From: Nemertoderma westbladi
Lineage: Eukaryota > Animalia > Xenacoelomorpha
Reading direction: 5' to 3'
Length of the DNA: 37,257 bases
Assembly: GCA_032718475.1 (NCBI GenBank)
Contig: JAUCBJ010003380.1
Location: 1-37,257, forward strand
This document shows, piece by piece, positions 1 to 14,300 of the stretch. The translations under genes and the position numbers were made by a program. Position 1 is the stretch's first letter. The number at the start of each line of letters is the position of its first letter. The notes beneath the pieces are model-generated. The model was given only the letters and a program-made list of their open reading frames with translations, searched no databases and was not told where the DNA came from.

Positions 1-547
1 ATATCAGCAGTGAGATATTTACGGAGTGATATTTATCAGTTGTTTTGAATATATCAATCAGTCCGTTTGTTAAAGGATATATGCCCTTTATAATTAAACC
101 TACCAGTGTACGACTAAAAGCAGTACAGCACAAAATATTTCTAAGCCGTTCTTTCTTTGGCTCAAGACTGAATGAAAACACTGCACATAGGCATTGCGTC
201 ATTTCTAGGAAATTCTCTGTACAAGGAGCCACAAAAACGCTCTCATTGGCTGACTGAGCTGAGAGACGCCGTAGAACAAAGGAAATCAACACGTATGAAT
301 GTCAGCTGTTAACCGTAGTCATAGTAACTACTGTTCAAGAGTAGCTATCACTCCTTTGCGTCACAAATTGCCATAGAATCATAAAATATACCTTTCACAA
401 TACACATACGGAGGAAATAAGTCTTAGATCCTCTAAAAACACCGATACAGTAATAATACGGTCTCTTACACTTATTAAATCAACTACAGAGTATTTTAAT
501 GTAAAAGATAATAAAAATAACGGGGCAATTCAGCAAAGGCTTTTACA
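1..547 (-). mobile_element. LTR (5' part, cut by window edge), same family as solo LTR at 29512-30722
   Basis: 69-547 is the reverse complement of 29512-29991 with scattered substitutions; weaker similarity continues to base 1. It ends at GGCTTTTACA (547), the complement of the TGTAAAAGCC terminus. Confidence 0.85.
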
Positions 548-1527
548 AAATATAATCGGAACATACTGTCCGCATAATGGGAACATAAACTATTTCAAAC
601 AATAGCGTAGTACAGTAACAGTAACAACCATATAGAACAGCTTGAAGGCTTTCCTCGGCTGATATATTACAAAATATTCAAGGCTTATACATGAGACAAA
701 TTTTGTATGCGGATTTGCAAACATTATAGACGATATGTTTGGAATTGTTTTGTAAAGTTTAATAACAACTTTACAAAACAATTATTTACTGGTGGAAACT
801 AATTAAACTTTACAAAACAATTATCAATTATACTTATTATCTCTAATATATGACACCCCCCCCCCCCCCCCCCCCACTCCCATCTGCTGTTGTCGGGTTG
901 CACTAACTGTAGCACCAATGCTATTGCCCAGCCGCAACAGCAATTAATATACAGTAAGTAGTATATTCTGTATGAGTAATTCTACATAATTATATTGTTT
1001 AGTAATAATTTTATTTGTTTATATATTCATTTGTGAATGTAATTAATGTATTTATCATTTAGTTTTATCATGTTTACACCGGTGATCTAGGACATGAACT
1101 ACCTTTGGGAAGTTTGAATGGAATTTTCACAGACTTACTTTTGTTGCTTGATTCATTTACTGTAGTATGCTGGAGTTGGGATATACTACTGGGTTGACCT
1201 GGTCAAAGTAGACTATATATGGAACATAGTTCTAGTAGTTCCGAATGTAGGAACATCACTTTCCCAGTACTAAAGTATTAAGTTGTAGTAATTATCGATC
1301 GAATATAATTATTCTCCTTCTGAGTGGTGTAAGATGGCGAATTGCTGCTACTGAGCAGAATGTACTGTAGTTCTCAATATTATTGCTGCCCTAGAGAGAG
1401 TAATTGAACGTCTTAACGACACCATATAATGTTCAATGTCCATCAACTCTTCTAGTATCCGCTATATCGATTAATTAATGTAATATAATTCGTCTAAACT
1501 AAAGGCAGTATTCATTCGGAGACAGGG

Positions 1528-1756
1528 GGGGGAACTGGACGCAAATCCCGCCTTGGCGAATTAATATCCCGCCTCAATGTTAAATTCTCAATTTATGGAA
1601 AGGAGCAGGTTACAGTGGCACGTTATTTTAACCAAAACAATAAACTAACCACAATAGAACAGGTTACAGTTTTATTTTTGAGAATATTCAGCTGTTACTT
1701 GCATCAAATTTCGCATGGAGAGGCCGGGATTAATTTTTATTGCGTCCAGTTTCCCC
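1528..1756. mobile_element. Short TIR element (MITE)
   Basis: Ends GGGGAACTGGACGCAA and TTGCGTCCAGTTTCCCC are inverted repeats. A second copy lies at about 20578-20885. The core matches the 68-bp repeat unit at about 14015-14520. No TSD seen. Confidence 0.65.
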
Positions 1757-3007
1757 AAATATCTGTTCATTCGTGCTTGGTAATTTATATTTAAGGAAGT
1801 TAATATTTTCTGAGAACCAATATAATTAATTATAATATTCGTTGGACCCAGCTTACCGATAATAATTAACATTATCACAATGCCAATAATGTTTATATAT
1901 TGTAAAGGCAGTTATTTTTTTGCCCTATATTTTTTACTCAAATGCCCTATATTTTTTTTAATACTTTTATGCCCTATATAAGTACTTATTTCTGCCCTAT
2001 ATTTTTTTGGACTATCCAAACTGCTATACTTGGCTGTCAGACTGTTGATTATTACTGTCAATAAAACGCAAATACACCCGTCCCTGTGAGAAACTGGTGG
2101 AATTTATACACAACAATAATCTATTATAATAGTAATTTAATTTATAAATTCAAAAATTAACACTGATAAGTAGTAAGAATTCCTCTAACTGCACTAGGCC
2201 TATAGGTATTCAAATGAAAAAACTAACACTATTGTAAATATGAATGCCTGACTCCAAGTAGTGTTCAATTCAACTTTAGTACGGTATTACATTATGCATA
2301 TGGAATTTAAACAGAGATGGGAATATTTTGGTTTCTTAGGTCGTTGCTTGATTTAGGTGAGGTACAGTTGGAGAGCAGAGATAGATAGATAACGTTACGT
2401 GATATGAGGTACCGGTTGGACTGTATTATATACTACAGGTCAACGTCTACTCCTTACGGTATATACAGTAAGTAGTCCGGCAGATATATGTCGTTTTTTT
2501 GAGGATTTTGTATAATTTGCATTTAAGAAAATCTCACCAGGAACGGGGGAGACTTTTATGAAAAATTTCATTTCAGTCACACCTCACATATTTTTGCAGG
2601 AGACGAGATGAAAAATTTAAAAAAATGTAGGTGACAATTGTAGATATTGAATATAATTGGATGGAAGTTTAATTTAATACCTCCATTGCAATAATTGTGG
2701 AATTGTTTATTAAATATATTAAGAAACAACTATAAATTTTAGATTGATGTTGATGCAATGGTATGTTATTAAATTAATTTTAAAATTTAATTTAACCGTA
2801 CTATTATCCCTTATCGTTTCGATATAACACGCTTTATAACTTGAAACCCGGGCTGTTCCTATCAATCAAAACTTTTACTATATACTTCCATACAAGCTAT
2901 AATGCAATATCCGGCATACTTTGTCATATATAATTAAATAGTTAATATTATTATAAAACATATAGAATATTATATTATAATATATTTATTAGTCATATTG
3001 GTGTATA

Positions 3008-3038
3008 ATGGATAGTTTATTCACACTCCACGCAAGAG
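3008..3038 (+). CDS. ELOVL4: ELOVL putative first coding exon ([10 protein letters not shown]+G)
   Basis: ATG at 3008, strong donor AG|GTAAGT at 3038/3039, phase 1 as exon 2 requires. An AG at 2991-2992 could be an acceptor, so an upstream exon is possible. Confidence 0.65.
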
Positions 3039-6000
3039 GTAAGTATGAAAGTATACTAGTACTCATACAGTACAAGCTTAACTTTTGTATAATATGACCA
3101 TGTAATTTCATTCAATTAGGCAGTCCCGGATTAAGATTTTTTGGGACGCGGGCTGTGAACTGTTTATGGACCGTTCAAGACTTTCCAAAAAAAACTGAAT
3201 TTTATTTATATTTATTTAAAAGTAAATTTTTCAGCTTTTGTAAACAATGCTTATTAGATTTATTATAACATAAATTTAAACGGGATGTTGAGATAATGAA
3301 TGAAAAGGACTGAAATTATTACATAACATTTATTTACTCATTATTATTAAACAATTATTATTCATTCATTACATTTTACTCAAAACGAAAATTGCAAACG
3401 AAGCATTTATAGAGTTAATACTCTATCGATTTATTTAATGAACAATATACTTGTTAGCGGATTCAATTCCGCTAACCACCCCATAAAGTTGGGAGACGGC
3501 GCCTTTGAGCAATATTGGGAAGCACGAGGTTGATTACCAATCAACCTCGTACCACCCCCAATAAACGGGGGCAACGAACCCCCAAAGGGCCGTATACAAT
3601 GGAGGTCAGAGGTTACACCTCCGGGAGAGGGAAAGTAACAGTAGCAGAGGGGGAAACACTCCCAGAGAGATGGGAGGCGAGAATTAGGTTACTAGCCAAT
3701 GGGGGGACAGGAAGGCATCAGCTAAGTAACAGGCCAATGTAGTGTAGTATATTACCGGTCGGTGTTTCATCACATATTCAGTTTACTCAGTTGCTCAGTC
3801 AGTTAGGGCAGTACGGTAACACTCTTTTACCGTAACCGTGGTCACCATCACATTCAATATTACCGATCATTCTGTACTTCAACTGTGCTATCTGTTTGCT
3901 CATTATATACTATATTTTATATTCATCAACATTATCGGAACAACAACGAACCCTTTTTCATTCACACGGCGGGGACGCGTACATAAACCACATACCGGTC
4001 GGGATCCTCTGATCCCGTCACAATACTTATGCATGTATGCTTATGTATATAGTATATTTATTAAGCATACTTAGGCTTAATAAGCATGTATTCAGTATTT
4101 ACACGTTCGTGGGACCTTCACGCAGCACGAAAGCTTATATTAGAAAGTACTGTATACTAAACTCTATTAGATATACGCAAACAGTCTTTCCCAAAATATA
4201 TATGAGTGATGGCGATGCAATCAGTTTACGATAAACTAGTTGTAATAACAGGTCATTTCAGTTAGTTAGCCCTTACACGCTTTAACTGTCATTTGTAAAC
4301 CTACTAACTAGGGCAATTTAAGTTAAGTATGACATAATTTTATCCTTAATTAGCCTCGTTGCGCTCGTCTTCTTTGTCTTATAATAATTTTCCTAAATAA
4401 CGACCTTTATAACTATGCAAATGCTCGAAACTGTGAGAGTAACTGCTGATTTATGGCAGATGGACACTCGTATCCACTGCAAACTCTGCGCTTGGCAAAA
4501 TCGTCTATAAAACTAGTTTTTATATCGACACTACGCCATATATTGCACTCAATGTTGAGTAAAGATAGCATATTAAGTCTACGTTACAACATGTTGTGGA
4601 GATAGATGGACACTCGTATCCACTGTAAACTCTGCGCTTGGCAAAATCGTCTATAAAACTAGTTTTTAGATCGACACTACGCCATATATTGCACTCAATG
4701 TTGTGTAGAGATAGCATATTAAGTCTACGTCGTTACAACATGTTTGTACGAAGTTCATTTTTGATACGTTTAAGCATCGAAATGAACGTTCTCCCGTACA
4801 TACCGAATTCAAGTATATACGAAGTACATACAACCTCTACATTTGGAAATGTAGATACTATATTATTATTGCGCAGATCGACTGGTGTTGATTTTGGTCA
4901 AATTATGTTCCAACCTTTTCTATGTCGATTTTCTTTCAACACATTTAATAATATTTTAGACATTCCACCAAAAATATTTTATTTTACTTTTTTCGCAGGG
5001 AAAAAAAGTAAAATCAATGCAATCCTATGGGATACTTTTTTCCCTAGGGAAAAAAGTGCAACTTTTTCTCCCGATTTTGGGGTAAATTTGAGCGAAAAAG
5101 TTACAATAATTTAAAAATAAAAGTACATAAATGCTGCTTAAATAGATAAAAGTTGAAAGTGCAATATATGAATTTATATAAAAAGTTATTTTTCAAATTA
5201 CCTCATAAACCATTGTGATCATTAGAACCACTATCATCGTCTTAGATAATGATCCTAGATTCAGTGAGGTAATGATTATTATTAAAAAAATACAATCTGT
5301 CAGATTTTAATAATTCTCGAATACCAATTGCAGTAAAAGAAATTCTTACCCGTCGAATAAAGTTATGTACATCCTCTTAACATAATTACATAATATCTCC
5401 ATTTTCTAATAAAATAATAAACTAATTATAATTTGCATGTTATAAATAATAATTTAATATTTATATTTCAGATTCTCGCACCACTGACTGGCTTTTAGCG
5501 AGTTCCCCAATACCAACCATTTGCATTGTGGCCACCTACCTGTTCACCTGTTGGACTGGTCCCAAATTTATGGCCAATGAAAAACCCCTAAATATTAGAA
5601 AACTTATTGTCGTGTATAATTTTGCTCTAGTTGGTATTTCCACCTACACTTTTATAGAGGTAAGTAGAGTAAAAGAGAAAGATAAAATAATAATAATAAG
5701 GCAGTTAATTTACGTTTTATTGTAATTTTACACTTTTATTTTGCTGCAAAATTCAATTTACACTAGAGACGGCGTCAAGACGCCGTTAAGCAAGTCGGAA
5801 GTCATGAAACAAAATGTAAATTTCATCAACAATGTTTACATGGTCTGAAGGGAAGTGTTATTTACCTATGGTCAAAGAGATATCCCACTCTGTAACTTGG
5901 CAATTGCTCAAATCCATTCACCTGAATGGCACAGTAGAGTAAACTATTCAAACTATAATGTTAGCCTATGGAGAATAATATTATGTGGCTGATTAAACAT

Positions 6001-9000
6001 ACACTTTTATAAACATGCAGTCTCCACAGTATTAATGTTGGCATTAATGTAGCCAACACACTGTGTACCTAACAGTCATTCAGCAGTAAATTAGAAGAGT
6101 GAGTAACTTGTAGATTTTCCATAGGACGCATTGGGAAGAGTTATTCAGCTGAGGCGGTAATAGATTGCAAACTAAACCAACCAGTTGGCAGCCTCATCGA
6201 TTTATACTAAGCCTGTGTAGAACCACAAACTAAATCAACCAGTTAATGTTTGCTTTGCCAGAGAATGGTAGGGCCTAAACAAACAGTATGGGTGTACTAC
6301 GTACAATAATCTTGCCTTTCCTTATAGCCTACTAGTAAAACTTCGCAACCAACACGTTTTACTATGACTGTGTATAATTCTAACATTATTAAGCCATATT
6401 TCATCATGAACACCAGCTGTTATTTTACCATTGCTTTTAATTTTGCGACAAAATAATGTCAAAAAACTAAATATATCGAATACCACACATATAATCGATC
6501 TGAAATTGTGTAACGCGATTATGAACCACCAAAGCAATGTACTTGCAAAATTTCATCGAAATCGCCAGGCAGGAAGTGCCTGAACCTGGATAATTATCAG
6601 TCAGTCAGTCAGTCAGTGTTATATATCCTGAGATTTTTACAGTAAGTATCCCGCAGTCAACAATTCTTTCATTATATCCTACTAGTAAAACTTGGCAACC
6701 AACACGTTTTACTTTGACTGTGTATAATTCTAACATTATTAAGCCATATCTCATCATGAACACCAGCTGTTATTTTACCATTGCTTTTAATTTCGCGACA
6801 AAATAATGTCAAAAAACTAAATATATCGAATACCACACATAGAATCGATCTGAAATTTTTTAACGCGATTATGAACCACCAAAGCAATGTACAACTTGCA
6901 AAATTTCATCAAAATCGCCAGGCAGGAAGTGCCTGAACCTGGATAATTATCAGTCAGTCAGTCAGTCAGTCAGTGTTATATATCCTGAGATTTTTACAGT
7001 AAGTATCCCGCAGTCAACAATTCTTACAGTAATCAAGTCTAACGACTTGCTAACTAACGAGTTGCTAATTATTTTAAGTATTTTAATTTCATCAGAAAAA
7101 ACCACTATTTTCTTTTCTACATTCCCTTTAGCTTCTAGCAAACAACTTGGCTCTGGATGTGAACTGGTGGTGTACTGATATAGATCGCACCAACAACCCC
7201 CACTCTCTACGCATAGCCGCAGCAATATGGTGCTTCTATATATCGAAACTGGTGGAACTCATGGACACAGTAAGTTCAACATTTCATCTAAATATAGGCC
7301 TACAGTAACAATTGAATCTCAAATATAATGTAGCGATAATACTGTAGGCCTACAGTAACCATTGAATCTCAAATATAATGGAGCGATATAGGCCTACAGT
7401 AACCATTGAATCTCAAATATAATGTAGCGATATAGTCACAGCCTCACAGGTGGATTGACTTTCATTAATTCGACCAGAACCCCTTGATGTTACTAAGTCC
7501 TTCCAATGGCAACAGACACCCCTCAGGTACCCGCCAACGTAACAGACACCCCTCAGGTACCCACCAACGTAACAGACACCCCTCAGGTATCCACCAACGT
7601 AACAGACACCACACTAGCACCCACCAATGTAACAGACACCAACCCCCCCCCCCCCCCACTGGCACCCACCAATGTAACAGACACCCCACTGGCACTCAAC
7701 AATGTAACAGACTCCCCTCTGGCACACACCAATGTAACAGACACCATACTGGCACCCGCCAATAAAACAGACACCCAATTGGCACCCAACAATGTAACTG
7801 ACTCCCCTCTGGCACACACCAATGTAACTGACACCCTACTGGCACCCGCCAATGAAACAGACACCCCACTGGCACCCACAAACGTAACTAACTCCCCTCT
7901 GGCACCCACCAACGTAACTTACTCCCCTCTGGCTCCCACCAATGTAACAGACACCTCACAGGCACCCACCAATGTAACAACACCCCACTGGCACCCACTA
8001 ATGTAAAAAAACACTCCACTGGCGCCCACCAATGTAACAGACACCCCACTAGCACCCACCAATGTAACAGACGCCCCGCTGGCACGCACCAATGTAACAG
8101 ACGCCCCACTGAAGCACCCACTGCACTGGCACCCACCAATGTAACGGTAACCCTACCAACGCCTGTCAACCTAATGGACACTCTATCGTCGCCTGACACC
8201 ACAATGAACACCATACCAGTGTCCACCAGCGTAATTAACTCCCTATCAGCGCCCACCAAAGCACCCTCCAACCCTCCAGGAATGAAGTCAAAGTGGAAGT
8301 AAATGAAGATGTGTGTGTTCAATTCTCGATCAATTAATAACAAGGCAGAATTAATCAAAGACTTCATTGTTGAATGGCTCTCCATCAGACGACTATGCCA
8401 CATCTGAAATATGCCCCAATGGCTTTGTCATGTTGAATGTGGGACCTCGGATAAATACGATGGGTGGAGGGGTTGGTTGCGTATATAATGAATCACTGCG
8501 GTTTAAGAACCCAACTGAGCCAACCCATAACTACACAAGTTTCGAATACATGGAATCGACGGCACTGCACAGTGGTGTCTTTCTTCGTCTTGTTAAAATT
8601 TATAGAACATGTCCATCACAGGTTAACAAACTAACAGTTCCCATATTCATGGATCAGTTTTCAAGCTTTCTCCAAAATATCTCCATTGCGCCAGGAAAAC
8701 TAATAATTGTGGGTGATTTTAACTTCCACGTTGAAGATTTATCAGACAAAGCAGCACAATGGATTTTAGCAATCTTGTGGATTGCTTCGAATTGAAGCAA
8801 CTAGTATGTGAACCCACCCATATTGCTGGACACACAGATCTAGTTTTGATTCCGAAAGATGATGATAGTTTGATTAGCAATATTTATGTTAGAAATATTG
8901 GTATCTCGGATCATTAAGCAGTTTGTTTCAATATAAACATTCCAAAGCCGAGCCAGAAATATCTATGTTATAAACGGAGAAAGATAGGATCAATTAATAT

Positions 9001-11298
9001 GTTGGAATTTATGGAAGATATTAAATCATCGCGACTCTTACAGTCAACGGCAACAAATATAAATGAATTAGTTCACCAGTACAATCACGTCCTTGGTGAT
9101 ATCCTTGAAAAACATGCTCCAATCGAAATTAAAAATAAATTAGTTCGCCCTAATGCAATATGGTAGACAGCAGATATAGCAAGAGAAAAACAACTGAGAC
9201 GGAGATTAGAAAGGAAATACAGAAAAACCGATTTAGAAATCGATAAAGCTGCTTACAAGGAACAGTGTATGAAGGTGAATGACTCCATAGTTCATGCTAA
9301 ACAGTCATATTATAAGAAGATACTAAATGATAATGCAGGTGACCAAAGGAAATTATTCAATGCAGCAGATACACTACTCCATCGCAAGGTTAAAACCATA
9401 CTGCCTCAACATGATTCCACCGAAACACTCTCAAATACTTTTGCAGATTAATTTGAATCGAAAATTACAAAAATAAGGAATGAGATAACCACATGCAGTG
9501 ATCATAAAGACAGCATAAATACACCTATAAATAGCAATGAACCCATTGGACAAAATTACACAAGCATGAAGGATCCCTCTGTTTTATATGATCTAAATGA
9601 TAATGTGCCAGTAATGAATGAGTTTGTGGAAGTCTGTAATGACACAGTTGAAGAATTGGTAAAGGAGTCAAAATCAAAGACTAGTCCACATGACCCACTA
9701 CCTACTGCATTGGTGAAAGGTTCAATAAAGGTTATGCTGCCTATTATCACGCTTATTATAAATCTATTTAGCTACAGCAACTTTTCCTTTATTGTTTAAA
9801 GAAGCAGTGCTATCCCCATTAATCAAGAAGGTGCGCTTAGATCCAGAGTTCCTTAAAACCTCAGGCCAGTCTCCAACCTTGTATATATCTCAAAATTAAC
9901 AGAGAAAGTTGTGGCCAATCAGCTTATACGGCACATGAACTTGAATAACCTATGGGAACCAATGCAGAGTGCTTATCGTTGCAATCACAGCACTGTGACT
10001 GTGCTTTTGAAAGTGAATAATGATATTATACGTGGAATAGATTATGGTTCTGCAGTATTAGTTGTACTATTGGACTTGTCCGCTGCTTTTGATACAGTGC
10101 ACCACAACATTCTATGAGAAACTCTGGAACAGGACATTAAAGTTTCAGGAACTGTAATTTCTTGGTTCAAATCATATCTGTCAAATCGGTCTCAAAAAGT
10201 TCGTGTTGGTAACTCCTATCCGAAATGTGTTCATATTAGATATGGAACTCCCCAGGTTAGTTAGTTAGGTAGGTTAGTTAGGCCATCTACTGTTTTCGAT
10301 TTACACATGCTCCCTATCAAGAGTAATTCAGAGCTATGGACTGAGCTAACACTTATATGCAGATGATACTCAGTTGTACATTGTATTCAAAAACGAAGAT
10401 GTAGGTGCCTCTGTTAGAGTTTCTGAGGCCTATTTGCTGGATATAAAAATTTGGATGAATAAAATGTGGTTGAAAATGAACACGGATAAAATGTAGGTGG
10501 TTTTGCTCCAATCAAGATTTGGGAACCAGTTTGTAGAACCAACACTACGAGTCGGCTCGGATATAGTATCATGTAGCTCATCAACAAGGAACATTGGCCG
10601 AATTATAGATTCACATCTTACGCTTGAAAAGCAAGTGTCCCGAACAATCATACTATCATGTTCGCAATCTTGGTAGAGTGCGCCGCTATTTCACTAAGCC
10701 TGACTTTGAGGTATTAATACATGCTTTTATCTCCAGCAAACTCGATAACAACAATGCCTTGCTATATGGTTTACCTAATAAACTGTTAACAAGATTGCCG
10801 TATGTACAAAATAGTGCGGCACGTCTACCATGTGGGATTAAAAAGCGGGACCACATGCACAGCGACCCCAGTATTAAGAAATCTCCAATGGCTACCGATA
10901 TTACGACGCATCGAATATAAAATAGCCCTATTTGACATACAAATGCCTAAATGGACTCGCTCCTTATTACTTGAATGACTTGCTTGTGCGCTACAATCCT
11001 CCCAGAAATCTACGTTCGAGTAACCAACATTTATTGGTTAACCCCAGGTATAACCTACTGCATTACGGTTCCAGGGCTTTTTCTTTTGCGGCGGTGTGGA
11101 ATGAACTCCCAGGCGAGTTGCGTGGAGGGCTCTTATTGCCTTCATTCAAGGAAAAACTAAAAAGTTTTTACTTTGAGCTGGAATACCAAAACTGCCCTGA
11201 TTAGTTTATATGACATTAATTTTAACATTTGATTAATTGATTAATTTTACTGTGCGTTAGCGCCTAGATCATCATCTATAGTGCGCTTTATAAATACA

Positions 11299-11343
<45 letters not shown>

Positions 11344-14300
11344 GTCCTAGTCCGATATGTCCTCTTATCGGCTCCGTAACATTATTTATCAGACATATAA
11401 TTTCTATTTAGATATTCATGATTGTGAACAAGAAGACCTCCCAGATGACATTCCTTCACGTATATCATCACGCGACTATGCCGTTACTGTGGTGGGTTGG
11501 AACCAACTACTGGCCCGGTGGTGAAGGTAGGTTCCCATTCACTTCACTTTACACACAACGATGTAATATTGGAATGTTCAGAAATTTTTTATGAAATTTA
11601 TAGCCATTTATGCAAATGAATTTCTCTACCGGATAACAACTACAGTATACAGTAAATAAATCTTACACTTAAATAAAATGGCTTTCAAATGGAAAATAAT
11701 TTACTCTTATACATAATATATTATTATACTCCGGCAGCAAAAGTGCATAGATTTTGGTGAACCGTCATTTTTTATACCCATAAAATGTTTCATCAGTTTA
11801 GTACTTATTAGACCCTACTAAACAATATTTACACCACGTCCTGGAATATAGTGTCGTTATTCAGGTACCTGCCTCTCTCCCCCACCCCCCAAAAAAAAAA
11901 TGTCTTCAAATTTTAATGAGATTGCATGACATTTGAAACAGAGACAGTTTCACCTCCTTCCTCCTTGCTGGGTGAGACAGAATTTTTATTCTTGTTTTCA
12001 TTCTTTATCTACAAGCGTTTGAAAAAGGTGTCTCCGTCGATATTGAACAAGTTACACTGCAGTTATTCTTCAATCATATAGTGGTTTATAAGTACAGTTA
12101 GAAAACTGTCATGTAAGGATTCCAAATATGTATCACAATCTGAATTTCGTGAATATCTGAGATATGGGCGTTCTAAAGTTGCATGGTTTTACACCTGCGC
12201 GATGCTATTTTATTCTATTTAATAAATACACCATTTTCTAAAACATTGTGTTGATCCCATACGTAGCTGGGCAACACTGCAATAATCATACTATTCTGTA
12301 GCTATTCATACATAAACAAAATGTTCCAGAATATTGTTTATTTGTTAAATAGAATAAAATACCCTCGCGCAGGTGTAAAACCATGCAACTTACGAACACT
12401 CATCATATCTCAGCTATTTGACGACAAAATTCAGATTGTCAAATTCAGATCGGAACGGCCTGCGTTCTAACTATACCAATAAATTACTATACGATTGAAG
12501 CATAACTGCAGATATTTGATTATATATGATATATCAGATTTGTGCGATATCGAAGGAGATACCCTGTTCAAACGCTTGTAGCTAAGGAATGAAAGCAAAA
12601 ATAAAAATTATGGCTCACCCAGGAAGGAGGAAGGAGGTGAAACTATCTGTTTCAAATTTCATGCAATCTCATTAAAATTTGTAGAAAAATTTGGGGGCGG
12701 GAGGGCAGGTACCTGAATAACGACACTATATTCCAGGGCATTATAACTGTTGGGCACAGCTTTTGCAAAGTCGGCATTGACGTCCAGGTGGGATCGAACC
12801 AGTAACCTCCGAGTTGGAAGTCTGACGCTCTAACCATTCAGCTAGCGGCTCAGGTAAAAGATAGACCTGGAAATACTATCTGATACCTTGTATGTCCGCA
12901 ATTTACCTCCTCATGGCCTCCCATCTGTCATACCATCATATGCTGCCACTGTGCTCAACCCTACAGTACTTGGCCGTCTTTAATGCGGGTTAATGGTGTA
13001 GGAGGGTGTCGCCCCTACAGTGTCGCCCCTATAAATCGTGTTACCCTTACCATGTTACCTTAGTGTTTGTTTATCTGCATTATTATTAAACTTTTCTAGA
13101 AGTTTATTGTTTCTTAGTTATATATGAGTGATTGATACTTTATAGTGTTACAAACCTATTGGCTAAAACGCATGCAAAGGTTTTGTTTCTTTGCAACGTT
13201 ACGAGGATACCAACAGATCGCTGACAAGTTAAATAATACAACGAAAATAATAAATTATATTAGTAATGAAAATTTAAAAAAAATACTGGAAGGCGCTTCA
13301 AAAATACTGGATTTTTTACAACTCTGGTTTTGTTATTGCCCACGCGTTCCCTCAGAAAACAAGATAACATTGTATTTTTTCATGTTTCAGCTGTGTACTG
13401 TGTCTCAGTGAATTGTTTTATACACATCATCATGTACACTTACTATGGTTTGGCAGCAATGGGCCCTTCCATGCGCCCCTATCTGTGGTGGAAGCGCTAC
13501 CTAACAATGTTGCAGCTGGTAAGTAATTTGCTCCTTTAACAAAAAGGGCAACATAATAAACTACTTTAAAATTTATTATATTATATATATAGAATGGCAG
13601 TGATTTTTTAATGTCCTTTTATTTGACTTTTTTTGTCCTCCTTTTTTTACGAATTGTGCATAATGACTTTTGTTGTCCCTTTAATGACTTTTGTTGTCCT
13701 TTTAATGACTTTTTATGTATGTATTTCTTAAAACTGTCAGACTGCTGATTTCTGGACTGTCAGACAGTTGATTTCAACATGCCTATGCCAAAACATTCAA
13801 AATTTGCTGATTTCTGGTCTGTCGGACAGTTGGTTTCACTATGCCTGTGCCAAAACAATCCATGATTCCATGATTTATAGACTATGAGATAGATTTCCAT
13901 ATGCGCCTGTGGTAAAAGACTCTAAATTTAATAGTTTGTGGTTGTTGTCGATAATCGATTACCACATGACGTAGCAAAACACTCATTTTATAGCCAAAAA
14001 CAATTACCAATTGATGGAAAGGAGCAGGTTAAGGCCGGATTTTTTAACCAAAGCAATAAAAAGTCACTTTACCAAATGAAGGAAAGGAGTAGGTTACAGA
14101 GGCGGGCCTTTCTAACCAAAACAATAAACGATCATTTAACTAATTGAGGGAAAGGAGCGGGATTTTCTAACCAAAACAATAAACAGTCACTTTACCAAAT
14201 CAGGGAAAGGAGCAGGTTACAGAGACGGGATTTTCTAACCAAAACGATAAACGATAACATTACCAATTGAGAGAAAGCAGCAGGTTACAGAGGCGGGATT

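Noticed and set aside
4638-5114. 158-aa ORF in ELOVL intron 1
   Set aside because: Non-ATG start inside a tandem duplication, no recognisable motif, composition typical of AT-rich non-coding DNA.
7506-8006. Host mucin gene or extra ELOVL exon
   Set aside because: It lies inside the LINE insertion, is frameshifted near 7980, and ELOVL is complete without it.
12780-12851. Functional tRNA-Gly(TCC)
   Set aside because: Acceptor and anticodon stems do not pair properly.
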